The notes beneath the pieces are model-generated. The model was given only the letters and a program-made list of their open reading frames with translations, was not told where the DNA came from and did not search any database. A stretch of 32,000 bases of DNA from Pasteurella multocida (lineage in GTDB: Bacteria; Pseudomonadota; Gammaproteobacteria; Enterobacterales; Pasteurellaceae). The translations under genes and the position numbers were made by a program. Below are positions 21,206 to 30,953 of the stretch, piece by piece. Within the stretch, counting starts at the first letter, position 1; every line of letters begins with the position of its first letter. The stretch is taken from NCBI RefSeq assembly GCF_900187275.1, contig NZ_LT906458.1, forward strand, positions 1,920,001-1,952,000. The letters run 5' to 3'.

Positions 21206-21841
21206 GTGAAATTTTTAAGTGTTTTATTATGTTCTGTGTTGTGTTATTTGCCCACGGCTTGGGCGAATGTGGATTTGAATATTAAATACAGTTCAAACTA
21301 TTTAATGCCAGCTTATGTGCATTTTAAAGCAGACGGTGCGCAATATGCCGTGGATGCGAAGATTAATGTGCCTTTGTATAATATTCAATTTTTATCTACC
21401 GGCACGCAAGATGCTAAGCAATTTAATATGGTGGACTATCAAGATATACGGAATGGCAAGCCTTATGCCACATCAAAAATTCAAGCCGATAGCATTGAAT
21501 ATGGCAAAGTCAAAAATGGTTTAACGAAAAAAGCATTGGCATTGCCGACCTTTGATTTGTTTACTATGGCATTTTAATTAAGTTATTACGATAAATTACC
21601 GATCAATTTTCAAATCACCAATGGTAAAAAGCTTTATCCCATGCATAATGTGTTTGTGAAGAAAAGCGAAGCAAAAGTGAAAGTGGATAAGCAAGAAGCC
21701 GTACAGATTACTTATCAATTTAAAACCGGTGATAAAGATATCGTGGTCAAAAAATTGGCGGGTGAACAATTTCCGCGTTTTATTTCCTATAATCGCGATG
21801 GGGATAACTACGAATTAGAGTTTAGTGGGTTTGTGAAATAA
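21206..21841 (+). pseudogene. DUF3108-like secreted protein interrupted by in-frame TAA at 21575-21577
   Basis: ORFs 21206..21577 and 21641..21841 share a frame. The readthrough is ...FDLFTMAF*LSYYDKLPINFQITNGKKLYPMHNVFVKKSEAK... with one intervening stop and no frameshift. Signal peptide at the N-terminus; GTG start. Confidence 0.75.
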
Positions 21842-21871
21842 CACATGTAACAAAGGTTGCAAAGAGTATTA

Positions 21872-21903
21872 AAAAGTGCGGTCAAAATAACCGCACTTTT
21901 TTC
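21872..21903. terminator. Bidirectional terminator made of two inverted uptake signals
   Basis: AAAAGTGCGGTCAAAATAACCGCACTTTTTTC, between the pseudogene and convergent ilvA. Confidence 0.9.
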
Positions 21904-21908
21904 TTGGG

Positions 21909-23450
21909 TTACACTAAGAAATAACGATAGGCAGGGCTTTCTGTGACATCTTGATAGACATAACCCAGTTTTTCCAAATGCTGATTAAAGGCATCGAGAT
22001 CTTCATCATTTAATTGGAAGCCGGCAAGCACGTTACCATAGTCTGCCCCGTGCGCACGATAATGGAACACGGAAATATTCCAATGTGTTTGCCCCAAAGT
22101 TTCGAGAAATTTTAATAAGGCGCCTTTTTGTTCTGGGAATTCAAAACTGTATAAACGCTCTTTTAAGGGACTGTTTGAACGTCCGCCAATCATATAGCGT
22201 ACATGCGTTTTGGCGATATCATCATTAGACAAATCAATTAAATCATAACCATTTTGTTGTAGTTGATTGATGATCGTTTGTTTTTCTTCTTGCCCTGTAA
22301 TGCGTACCCCCACGAAAATACAAGCTTGTTTGTCGTCGGCATAACGGTATTTAAATTCAGTAACAGGGACATGACCCAAAATATGGCAGAATTTTAAGAA
22401 ACTCCCTGGTTGTTCAGGAATGGTCACGGCTAAAAGGGCTTCGTGCTGTTCACCAATTTCACAACGCTCTGACACATAACGTAAGGTATGGAAATTTAAA
22501 TTGGCACCAGATAATACATTCACCAAGGTTTCACCTTGAATATTGTGCTCTTTCACGTATTTTTTTAAACCAGCAAGCGATAATGCCCCCGACGGTTCAG
22601 CAATGGCGCGCACATTCTCAAAAATATCTTTGACCGCAGCGCAGATTTCATCACCATCTACTAACACTACATCATCAATATATTGCTGACAAACGCGGAA
22701 AGTCTCATCGCCAATACGTTTCACTGCGACCCCGTCAGCAAATAAGCCAACGCGATCTAAATCAATGGGCTTACCTGCTTTGAGAGCACGATACAAGCAC
22801 GCGGAATCTTTCGACTCAACCCCAATTACTTTGATTTCGGGCATTAATTGTTTAATTAATACAGCAATGCCTGCGGCTAAGCCACCACCACCAACAGGGA
22901 CAAAAATGCGGTCGATTTGGCTGTTTTGTTGTAACAATTCCATGGCAATCGAGCCTTGCCCTGCAATCACCGCGGGGTGATCAAAAGGCGGAATGAATGT
23001 CATATTTTTGCTTTCCGCCAATTCAATCGCTTTGGCTTTGGCTTCATCGAAATTGGCGCCATGTAATAGCACTTCACCACCAAATCCACGCACGGCATCG
23101 ACTTTGATACTTGGGGTGTTTTGTGGCATCACGATTAAGGCACGCAAGCCAAGATGTTTGGCAGACAGCGCCACGCCTTGTGCATGGTTTCCCGCTGAGG
23201 CGGCAATCACGCCCGAGGCTTTTTGTTCGGCACTTAAGCCAGCAATCATGGCATACGCACCACGCAGTTTGAAACTGTGTACGGGTTGGCGATCTTCACG
23301 TTTGATAAACACTTTATTACCTAAACGTTCAGACAGTTTTGCCATGTCTTGAAGCGGAGTTACTTGCGCCACGTCATAGACTTTAGAACTCAACACGGCT
23401 TTGAGGTATTCTGCACCTGTTGGGTGAGCTGAATGGAGGTTATTGACCAT
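21909..23450 (-). CDS. ilvA: threonine ammonia-lyase, biosynthetic
   Basis: VFIKREDRQPVHSFKLRGAYAMIAGL, ASAGNHAQGVALSA, VPVGGGGLAAGIA, two C-terminal ACT-like domains. Confidence 0.97.
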   Translation of the reverse strand: MVNNLHSAHPTGAEYLKAVLSSKVYDVAQVTPLQDMAKLSERLGNKVFIKREDRQPVHSFKLRGAYAMIAGLSAEQKASGVIAASAGNHAQGVALSAKHLGLRALIVMPQNTPSIKVDAVRGFGGEVLLHGANFDEAKAKAIELAESKNMTFIPPFDHPAVIAGQGSIAMELLQQNSQIDRIFVPVGGGGLAAGIAVLIKQLMPEIKVIGVESKDSACLYRALKAGKPIDLDRVGLFADGVAVKRIGDETFRVCQQYIDDVVLVDGDEICAAVKDIFENVRAIAEPSGALSLAGLKKYVKEHNIQGETLVNVLSGANLNFHTLRYVSERCEIGEQHEALLAVTIPEQPGSFLKFCHILGHVPVTEFKYRYADDKQACIFVGVRITGQEEKQTIINQLQQNGYDLIDLSNDDIAKTHVRYMIGGRSNSPLKERLYSFEFPEQKGALLKFLETLGQTHWNISVFHYRAHGADYGNVLAGFQLNDEDLDAFNQHLEKLGYVYQDVTESPAYRYFLV

Positions 23451-23559
23451 AGAGGTTGTCCGTTATTTTTTTAAATTTTCTTGTTTCAGCAAGAAAAACA
23501 TCGTAATCAATTTATCAATGAGAAAACGGTGGGCAAGCTTACCCACCCGACTTAAAGAT

Positions 23560-25395
23560 TTAAATTTTGGTTTTATCTCTCACTGCGCCTTTATCTGCCG
23601 AGGTCGCAAAATGACCATATACTTTCAATGCAAAGGACACTTCACGTTGGCGGTTTACAGGTTGCCAACCCAGTTTGTCTTGTTCTGCTCGGCGCTGAGC
23701 GAGTTCTTCTTCCGTGACACATAATTGAATGGATCGATTTGGAATATCAATTTCAATCTTATCACCGTCTTTTACTAAGCCAATTAATCCACCCGCAGCG
23801 GCTTCTGGTGAGCAATGCCCAATAGATAACCCCGATGTCCCGCCGGAGAAACGTCCGTCTGTTAATAAGGCACAGGCTTTACCTAAGCCCATGGATTTTA
23901 AATAACTGGTGGGATACAGCATTTCTTGCATACCCGGTCCGCCTTTTGGTCCTTCGTAGCGAATCACCACTACATGCCCCGCTTGGACCTTTCCTCCTAA
24001 AATACCGGCTACGGCATCTTCTTGGCTTTCAAACACAATGGCATCGCCAGTGAATTTTAAAATACTGTCATCTACTCCAGCGGTTTTCACAATACAACCG
24101 TCCATCGCTAAGTTGCCTGATAACATGGCAAGCCCGCCATCTTGGCTATAGGCAAATGTTTTACTACGAATACAGCCATTTTCACGATCATCATCCACCG
24201 TATCCCAACGGCAATCTTGTGAAAAAGCTTCGGTCGTACGAATCCCCGCAGGGCCTGCACGGAAGAATTTGTGTATGGCTTCGTCTTTAGTGAGCACAAT
24301 GTCATATTTGGCAATTTGCTCAGCGAGACTCATGCCTAGTACTGTGCGAGTATCGTTATGTAATAAATTGGCACGATCTAATTCCCCTAAAATCGCCATA
24401 ATACCTCCCGCACGGTGTACATCTTCCATGTGGTATTTTTGCGTATTAGGTGCCACTTTACTTAAACAAGGCACTTGACGTGATAGGCGATCAATATCAG
24501 CCATGGTGAAATCCACTTCCGCTTCTTGTGCCGCGGCTAATAAATGCAAAACGGTATTGGTTGACCCGCCCATGGCAATATCTAAGCTCATGGCATTTTC
24601 AAAGGCCTTTTTGTTGGCGATAGAACGAGGTAAGACGCTGTCATCTTCTTGTTCATAATAACGTTTGCACAATTCGACCACTTGTTTACCCGCATCAAGG
24701 AACAGTTGTTTACGATCTGCGTGGGTTGCAAGGCAGGATCCGTTGCCCGGCAGACTTAAGCCAAGGGCTTCCGTTAAGCAGTTCATTGAATTTGCGGTAA
24801 ACATACCCGAGCAAGAGCCACAGGTTGGACAAGCAGAGCGTTCGATCTGGGCACTGTCTTCGTCTGATACATTTGGGTTGGCACCTTGGATCATGGCATC
24901 TACTAAATCCAGTTTGATGATTTTATCAGACAGTTTCGTTTTGCCTGCTTCCATCGGTCCGCCCGAGACAAACACACAAGGAATATTCAAGCGTAACGCC
25001 GCCATGAGCATCCCCGGGGTGATTTTGTCGCAGTTAGAAATACACACCATGGCATCGGCACAGTGTGCGTTGACCATATATTCCACACTATCGGCAATTA
25101 AATCACGACTTGGTAAAGAATAGAGCATCCCACCATGCCCCATGGCAATCCCATCATCCACCGCAATGGTATTAAACTCTTTCGCCACACCACCGGCTTT
25201 TTCAATTTCACGGGCGACAAGTTGTCCCATGTCTTTTAAATGCACATGACCGGGCACAAATTGCGTAAAGGAGTTGACGACGGCAATAATCGGTTTACCA
25301 AAGTCGTTTTCTTTCATTCCCGTGGCACGCCACAAGGCACGGGCACCCGCCATATTACGACCCTGTGTACTGGTCGCTGAACGTAATTTAGGCAT
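23560..25395 (-). CDS. ilvD: dihydroxy-acid dehydratase
   Basis: [90 protein letters not shown]. Start at internal MPKLRS. Confidence 0.98.
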   Translation of the reverse strand: MPKLRSATSTQGRNMAGARALWRATGMKENDFGKPIIAVVNSFTQFVPGHVHLKDMGQLVAREIEKAGGVAKEFNTIAVDDGIAMGHGGMLYSLPSRDLIADSVEYMVNAHCADAMVCISNCDKITPGMLMAALRLNIPCVFVSGGPMEAGKTKLSDKIIKLDLVDAMIQGANPNVSDEDSAQIERSACPTCGSCSGMFTANSMNCLTEALGLSLPGNGSCLATHADRKQLFLDAGKQVVELCKRYYEQEDDSVLPRSIANKKAFENAMSLDIAMGGSTNTVLHLLAAAQEAEVDFTMADIDRLSRQVPCLSKVAPNTQKYHMEDVHRAGGIMAILGELDRANLLHNDTRTVLGMSLAEQIAKYDIVLTKDEAIHKFFRAGPAGIRTTEAFSQDCRWDTVDDDRENGCIRSKTFAYSQDGGLAMLSGNLAMDGCIVKTAGVDDSILKFTGDAIVFESQEDAVAGILGGKVQAGHVVVIRYEGPKGGPGMQEMLYPTSYLKSMGLGKACALLTDGRFSGGTSGLSIGHCSPEAAAGGLIGLVKDGDKIEIDIPNRSIQLCVTEEELAQRRAEQDKLGWQPVNRQREVSFALKVYGHFATSADKGAVRDKTKI

Positions 25396-25654
25396 AATCT
25401 CTCCAAGTACAGTAAGTAGGTATGATGGCTCATCTTTTTGTAACAATGAGCCAATTTGTCTGTTGTATGTTAATGGTTATCTTTAAGCGTTTTTATGCGC
25501 TTAATGACCTCAAATAAAGGGCTAAAATCGTTAAATCCTAAAAGGCACGAACAAAATCAATATTCCACCAATATTGACTAAGTATTAATAGAAAATGTGT
25601 ATCACTTTCTCTATAGGCGCAACGATGTGTCCTCTTTGCTCGGTTGATCAGAAA

Positions 25655-26347
25655 TTATTCCGTCAGAATAAATTCAGCTGCAGCCTGTGCATGTAATGTT
25701 GTTGTATCGAAAAATGGCAGTGTTGCGTCTTGTTGATTAATCAATAAGCCAATTTCGGTACAACCTAAAATCACACCTTGGGCACCTTGTTTGGCTAAGT
25801 CATTAATGACATCAAGATAAAATTGTTTCGATTCAGGTTTGATTTGTCCGACACAAAGTTCTGTAAAAATAATACGATGAATTTCTTGTTGCTGTTTCTG
25901 GTTTGGCACAAGAGGCGTAATACCATGATGCAGTAAAAGATCACGATAGAACGGATCTTGCATTGTAAATTGCGTGCCTAATAACGCGACTTGCGTCAAA
26001 TTTTTTATTTTAATGGCTTTTGCTGTGGCATCAATAATATGGAGAAAAGGCACATCAATTACGTCAATAATTTGTGGTGCAACTTTGTGCATAGTATTGG
26101 TGGCTAATAAAATCCCTTCGGCACCTATTTGCGTCAATTTTTTTGCCGCAGTGGCTAGTATTTCCCCCGCCTTATGCCATTCACCTTGTTTCTGTAAACA
26201 TACAATTTGTTCAAATTCCACATTAACCATCACTAATGGTGCGCTGTGATTTCCACTTTTGGCTTGGTTAATTAACTGGTTGATTAAGCGGTAATAAGTC
26301 ACTGTGCTTTCAGGCGACATACCGCCGATAATACCGAGAGTTTTCAT
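25655..26347 (-). CDS. aspartate/glutamate racemase family protein
   Basis: MKTLGIIGGMSPESTVTYYRLINQ, LLATNTMHKVAPQI, GVILGCTEIGLLI. Confidence 0.9.
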   Translation of the reverse strand: MKTLGIIGGMSPESTVTYYRLINQLINQAKSGNHSAPLVMVNVEFEQIVCLQKQGEWHKAGEILATAAKKLTQIGAEGILLATNTMHKVAPQIIDVIDVPFLHIIDATAKAIKIKNLTQVALLGTQFTMQDPFYRDLLLHHGITPLVPNQKQQQEIHRIIFTELCVGQIKPESKQFYLDVINDLAKQGAQGVILGCTEIGLLINQQDATLPFFDTTTLHAQAAAEFILTE

Positions 26348-26365
26348 GCTCGTCCTCTTATATTT

Positions 26366-26596
26366 TTATGCACGTACTTGATGAATAGCTAACACATCGT
26401 ACACTTTACTTAATTGATTCGTCAGTAAAGCGAAAGCGCGGTCACTTTTCACGGTAAAATCAATGTTGGCTTGTTCGCCTTGTGCGGTCATATTCATCGC
26501 GACGACATAAAAACCACGATGACGAATCACACGTAAAATACGTTCTAGGGTTTCAGGACGTTGATTAACGTCGAGGGTGAATTGATAGGTTTGCAT
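26366..26596 (-). CDS. ilvM: acetolactate synthase II small subunit
   Basis: 76 aa ACT-domain protein MQTYQFTLDVNQRPETLERILRVIRHRGFYVVAMNM immediately downstream of ilvG. Confidence 0.93.
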   Translation of the reverse strand: MQTYQFTLDVNQRPETLERILRVIRHRGFYVVAMNMTAQGEQANIDFTVKSDRAFALLTNQLSKVYDVLAIHQVRA

Positions 26597-26633
26597 AATC
26601 TTTCCTTAAAATTTCGTCAAAACAGACCGCACT

Positions 26634-28292
26634 TTACATTTGTTCAACCATATCAAGGTTGCAGGCATTCGGTGGTACCAATGGCCAAACGTTTTCATTA
26701 CTTGAAATACACACATGTAAGAAATAGGCTTCTTTGCTCGCTAATAAACGATCGAGTGCACCTTCCACTTCTTCTCCTTTGGTGATGCGTTCGCCTTGAA
26801 TACCGAATGCAGCGGCAAGCATCACGAAATCGGGATTGTCATCTAAAATCGTATTACTAAATCTGGCGTTGAAGAACAGCTCTTGCCACTGACGAACCAT
26901 GCCTAAACGTTGATTGTCTAACAACACAATTTTCACCGGTGTTTTTCCGCGTTTGAAGGTGCCTAATTCTTGAATGTTCATCATGATAGAGCCATCGCCA
27001 GAAATTAAGATCACCTCATCGTCAGGACGGGCTTTTTTCGCGCCAATTGCTGCTGGCAAACCAAAGCCCATGGTGCCGTAACCGGCTGAGGTAATGTAGT
27101 TTTCAGGAGCATAATGTTGCATATGCTGGGCTGACCACATTTGATGCTGTCCAACATCAGTAGTAATCACCGCACTTTGTGGTTTCTTCTTTGATAATGA
27201 ATTCAGCAACCATAACGGATTAATAAAGGTATCCCCTTGGTTTGTCGAGTAACAAAAATCGTGTGTTTGCTTGAGTTGTTTGATATGTGCTTGCCACTCA
27301 GCAATGTTCAACGGGACGCTTAGGGCATTGAAAGCCTGAACAATATCCCCACACAATGCCACATCTGGACGACGTAATTTCCCGATTTCAGCCATATCAA
27401 TATCAGCATGGATCACTTTGGCATGGGGGGCAAACGTATCCAGCTTACCTGTTACACGATCATCAAAGCGTGCACCAAATGCCAATAATAAATCACATTC
27501 TTGCACCGCATAGTTTGCGGCTTTGGTGCCGTGCATACCAATCATGCCCATATAATAAGGATTATCCGGGTGAACTGAACCTAAACCTTTTAGGGTGGAC
27601 ACACTTGGCATTTGCGTTACTGCAAGAAACTCACGCAACGCTGGTACGGCTTGCGCCATACCTACACCGCCCCCGACATACAGCACGGGGCGTTTTGCTT
27701 GTTTGAGTAATGCAAGTGTATCTGTTAAATGCGCTTGTGAAAGTGCGGTGGGTTTTGCCACAGAATAGGTGAACGGCGTGACATCGGTTGGGGCAATTTG
27801 GATATCTTTTGGAATATCGATCAAAACTGGACCCGGACGCCCACTGGCAGCAATTTCAAAGGCTTTAGCAATCACGTCTGGCAATTCTTCGATGCTTTGC
27901 ACTAAAAAGCTGTGTTTGGTACAAGCAAGAGATAAACCGAGCACATCTGCTTCTTGGAACGCATCTGTACCGATCAAGGGAGAAGCCACTTGCCCAGTGA
28001 TCGCAACAACCGGAATCGAATCCATTAAGGCATCCCCTAAGCCGGTGATCAAGTTTGCTGCACCCGGACCAGAAGTGGCAATACACACGCCAACTTTGCC
28101 ACTTGAACGCGCATAGCCAATGGCTGCCATCGCTGCACCTTGCTCATTACGACACAATAAATGTTCTATGCCCGCATCATACAGCGCATCATAAACTGGC
28201 ATAATCGCCCCACCGGGATAGCCAAAAACGGTGGTTACGCCATGTGTTTTCAAACTCTCGGTTACTAATCTTGCCCCATTCATCTTTATCAC
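26634..28292 (-). CDS. ilvG: acetolactate synthase II large subunit
   Basis: [62 protein letters not shown]-binding [19 protein letters not shown]. The start may be the internal MNGARLV at 28283. Confidence 0.96.
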   Translation of the reverse strand: MIKMNGARLVTESLKTHGVTTVFGYPGGAIMPVYDALYDAGIEHLLCRNEQGAAMAAIGYARSSGKVGVCIATSGPGAANLITGLGDALMDSIPVVAITGQVASPLIGTDAFQEADVLGLSLACTKHSFLVQSIEELPDVIAKAFEIAASGRPGPVLIDIPKDIQIAPTDVTPFTYSVAKPTALSQAHLTDTLALLKQAKRPVLYVGGGVGMAQAVPALREFLAVTQMPSVSTLKGLGSVHPDNPYYMGMIGMHGTKAANYAVQECDLLLAFGARFDDRVTGKLDTFAPHAKVIHADIDMAEIGKLRRPDVALCGDIVQAFNALSVPLNIAEWQAHIKQLKQTHDFCYSTNQGDTFINPLWLLNSLSKKKPQSAVITTDVGQHQMWSAQHMQHYAPENYITSAGYGTMGFGLPAAIGAKKARPDDEVILISGDGSIMMNIQELGTFKRGKTPVKIVLLDNQRLGMVRQWQELFFNARFSNTILDDNPDFVMLAAAFGIQGERITKGEEVEGALDRLLASKEAYFLHVCISSNENVWPLVPPNACNLDMVEQM

Positions 28293-28310
28293 CCTTGCAT
28301 AATTGGTAAG

Positions 28311-28345
28311 TAAAAAAAACCCTCATCTGCTATCAGACGAGGGTT
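28311..28345 (-). terminator. Attenuator terminator upstream of ilvG
   Basis: Minus strand AACCCTCGTCTG-ATAG-CAGATGAGGGTT followed by TTTTTT: 12-bp stem with one G-U wobble plus a U run, between the leader peptide and ilvG. Confidence 0.9.
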
Positions 28346-28380
28346 AAATTTGATCTTCTTTGTTTATTGACAGTCAAACA

Positions 28381-28455
28381 TTAACGCGCTCGCCCCGCAG
28401 TGATAATAATCACCACGAGGTTAATAATAATGCTAAGTACAGGGCGTAATGCCAT
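28381..28455 (-). CDS. ilvL: ilv operon leader peptide
   Basis: Minus strand ATG at 28455 encodes MALRPVLSIIINLVVIIITAGRAR*. 12 of 24 residues are Ile, Leu or Val; located before the attenuator. Confidence 0.88.
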   Translation of the reverse strand: MALRPVLSIIINLVVIIITAGRAR

Positions 28456-28555
28456 AACGTCAATTCCAAATCGTTGAGTATGTTGTTGTGTGTTTTATAT
28501 TCATATCATATTTTTTTTTCAGCGCAAACTTTTTTTTTACAAAATGTTAAAAAAT

Positions 28556-28571
28556 ATGAAAACGTTTTCGT
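28556..28571. promoter_or_regulatory. PurR/LacI-family operator-like palindrome ATGAAAACGTTTTCGT
   Basis: One mismatch to ANGCAANCGNTTNCNT, with perfect GAAAACGTTTTC core, between divergent ilvL and yigL. Confidence 0.35.
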
Positions 28572-28642
28572 TATGTGTTTTTCCAGAATGCCAACTCAGG
28601 TTATGGTATGATAGGCAAAACAGTTAGACAGTAGGATGGTAT

Positions 28643-29461
28643 ATGTCATTTTTTCCTTTCCGTGCCATTGTTTCCGATTTAGATGGCACCTTATTAAATG
28701 CTCACCATATGATCGGTGACTTTACGATTCAAACATTACAACAGCTTGCTGCCAAAGGGATCGATATTATGTTGGCAACGGGGCGTAACCACACGGATTT
28801 GTTACCAATTTTAAAAAAAGTGAATATTGAAAAGGCGGTGATGATTACGTCCAATGGCGCAAGAGCACAGGATTTACAAGGCAATTTGTTAGTGCGTGAT
28901 TATTTACCTGAACAAATTGCTTTTGACATTATGAATTTGGATTTTGATCGCCAACGTGTGTGTGTCAGTGCGTATCAAGGGGATGACTGGTTTATTAATA
29001 TTGATGTGCCACAACTGCGTAAATATCATCAAGATTCAGGCTTTATGTATGAGGTGGTGGATTTTGCACAGCACCATGGTCGTGAAACAGAGAAAGTCTT
29101 TTTTATCGGACGTGAACCGCAAGATCTTATCGGCTTAGAGCAACACTTACAAGCTAACTATGCGGATACCACCAGTATTACTTATTCCACGCCGGTGTGT
29201 TTAGAAATAATGAATAAAAATGTCTCAAAAGCGAGTGCACTTGAAAAAGTGTTAGCCGATCGGGATTATGACTTACAACATTGCTTGGCTTTTGGTGATG
29301 GGATGAACGATGTGCAAATGCTCAGTCGCGTTGGTAAAGGTTGTGTAATGGGCAATGCCGATCCTCGATTAAAAGAGGCGTGCCCACATCTCGAAGTAAT
29401 TGGTATGAATGCACAAGAATCAGTAGCAAATTATATTCGTACTATATTTGATATTGAATGA
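28643..29461 (+). CDS. yigL: HAD-IIB (Cof-type) phosphatase YigL
   Basis: IVSDLDGTLLNAHHMI, MITSNGARAQDLQGNL, CLAFGDGMNDVQMLSRVGKGCVMGNA...HLEVIGMNA, close to E. coli YigL. Confidence 0.88.
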   Translation: MSFFPFRAIVSDLDGTLLNAHHMIGDFTIQTLQQLAAKGIDIMLATGRNHTDLLPILKKVNIEKAVMITSNGARAQDLQGNLLVRDYLPEQIAFDIMNLDFDRQRVCVSAYQGDDWFINIDVPQLRKYHQDSGFMYEVVDFAQHHGRETEKVFFIGREPQDLIGLEQHLQANYADTTSITYSTPVCLEIMNKNVSKASALEKVLADRDYDLQHCLAFGDGMNDVQMLSRVGKGCVMGNADPRLKEACPHLEVIGMNAQESVANYIRTIFDIE

Positions 29462-29494
29462 GTACCCCTTTGCCACATAGCTGGGAGTCGAAGT

Positions 29495-29881
29495 GTGATA
29501 AGTGTCGGACAACAAATCATATTCATTAGCAGCGGTGCTGCACTGGGCGCGTTGTCACGTTGGGGATTGGGGTTATTACTGAATCCGCTTTTTAGCGCAT
29601 TTTCATTAGGTACACTGGTAGCAAATTATCTTGGTTGTTTGATTATTGGTGTATTTTTAGCGTTTTTTTGGCAATATCCACAATGTTCTGCTGAATGGCG
29701 TTTATTTTTTGTGACAGGCTTTTTAGGGAGTTTGACTACGTTTTCCACCTTTTCCGCTGAAGTGATTGAAAACCTGATACAACAGAAATGGCTCGCAGGT
29801 CTTATGCTTGCTTCAGGTCACCTATTAGGTTGTCTGTTGTTTACTGCCTTAGGCGTGTTTATTTGGCGCTATTGGCAGTAA
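29495..29881 (+). CDS. crcB: fluoride ion channel CrcB
   Basis: [49 protein letters not shown] start after GGGAG. Confidence 0.94.
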   Translation: MISVGQQIIFISSGAALGALSRWGLGLLLNPLFSAFSLGTLVANYLGCLIIGVFLAFFWQYPQCSAEWRLFFVTGFLGSLTTFSTFSAEVIENLIQQKWLAGLMLASGHLLGCLLFTALGVFIWRYWQ

Positions 29882-30812
29882 AAAATTGGCTAATTTTCTT
29901 GAGTGCCTCGGAGCGGATAAGATCACGCTCAAATAAAATTTCGTGTTTACTTTGCGCAATTTGTGTTAACTCTCCTCGTGGTAAAAGTGCGGTGAGTTTG
30001 CGCAGATTTTTATTTTCCACAATCTTTTCTTTCTCCGATTGTAGAATCAGCACAGGAATCTCAATACGCGGCAAAATAGTCGGTAATTTTTTAATGGCAC
30101 TAAAACATAAATGCACCCAACGGAAGGTCGGTCCCCCTAAATGAATATGCGGATACCGACGATTAATTCGATTCATCCAGCGCATACGAGTTCGACAACA
30201 ACTTAAATCATTATTATCCAAATCCGCCGGTTGATAACGTCCTTTGCCAAACACATAGCGTGAACCCTGACCTAATAACATCATTAGATTAATAATGAGC
30301 TCATCTCGGAAAGAATGTTTGAGAGGAATGCCATAAAATGGCGCAGAAAAGACCGCACTTTTCACCTGATGATCGTAATTGGCAAGGTAATAAGTACTAA
30401 TCAATGCACCTAAGGAATGGGCGAGAATATGTTGATTTTCATAAGGATAAAGTGCGCTGATTTTCGCTAATAAAATTGCCATATCGTCCGCATAAAAACG
30501 AAACTCATCAATATAACCTTTCTCATGATCTGGCAATAAACGCTGTGAATAGCCTTGCCCACGATGATCAAATACCAAAACGTCGTAGCCTTGTTGATAG
30601 AAATCATAAGCCAGTTCAGTCCATTTCAATAAGTTTTCTGCACGTCCATTGACTAAAATCACCAAATTACGCTGTACGGGATTGTCTTGTACAAAATGCC
30701 GATAGGTAATACGTACCCCTTTTTTCCCTTGTACGTCTTGCAACGGAAATTGTGCTGCAAAAGGATGTAATTCAGCCAAGGCAAAGTGAGTAAAATGGGG
30801 TTCACGGATCAT
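29859..30812 (-). CDS. pldB: alpha/beta hydrolase, lysophospholipase L2 family
   Basis: [67 protein letters not shown]. Next to yigL as in E. coli. The start may be M1 (30824) or M5 (30812). Confidence 0.87.
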   Translation of the reverse strand: MIREPHFTHFALAELHPFAAQFPLQDVQGKKGVRITYRHFVQDNPVQRNLVILVNGRAENLLKWTELAYDFYQQGYDVLVFDHRGQGYSQRLLPDHEKGYIDEFRFYADDMAILLAKISALYPYENQHILAHSLGALISTYYLANYDHQVKSAVFSAPFYGIPLKHSFRDELIINLMMLLGQGSRYVFGKGRYQPADLDNNDLSCCRTRMRWMNRINRRYPHIHLGGPTFRWVHLCFSAIKKLPTILPRIEIPVLILQSEKEKIVENKNLRKLTALLPRGELTQIAQSKHEILFERDLIRSEALKKISQFFTANSAK

Positions 30813-30909
30813 AGCACTTACCAATTATTGAGAGTGGAGAGAGCATTATTCTAGCATAAAATCGGTTTACCGACTATGTGCCAGGCAGTTAGGATGAGGC
30901 GTAGAAAGG

Positions 30910-30933
30910 AAAAAAGCAGGCGTGTTGCCTGCT
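30910..30933 (-). terminator. Rho-independent terminator of asd
   Basis: Minus strand AGCAGGCAACACGCCTGCTTTTTT. Confidence 0.85.
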
Positions 30934-30953
30934 CTTTATGATAGGAAAGGGGA

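Noticed and set aside
23835-25486. Plus-strand and alternate-frame ORFs across ilvD (23835..24053, 24108..24314, 24269..24478, 24665..25123, 25274..25486)
   Set aside because: Overlaps with the strongly conserved ilvD coding sequence; translations have no recognisable domain or plausible initiation context.
26561-28116. Plus-strand ORFs over ilvG (26561..26785, 27356..27706, 27769..28116)
   Set aside because: Antisense to ilvG with low-complexity, domain-free translations.
28500-28560. Poly-T/poly-A tracts (28511-28519, 28531-28538) as phase-variable repeats
   Set aside because: They are intergenic, irregular A/T tracts near promoters; one sequence gives no evidence of length variation, and an UP-element or DNA-bending role is equally plausible.
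29462-29494. Fluoride riboswitch upstream of crcB
   Set aside because: Only 33 nt separate yigL from crcB and no crcB-motif-like conserved bases were seen.
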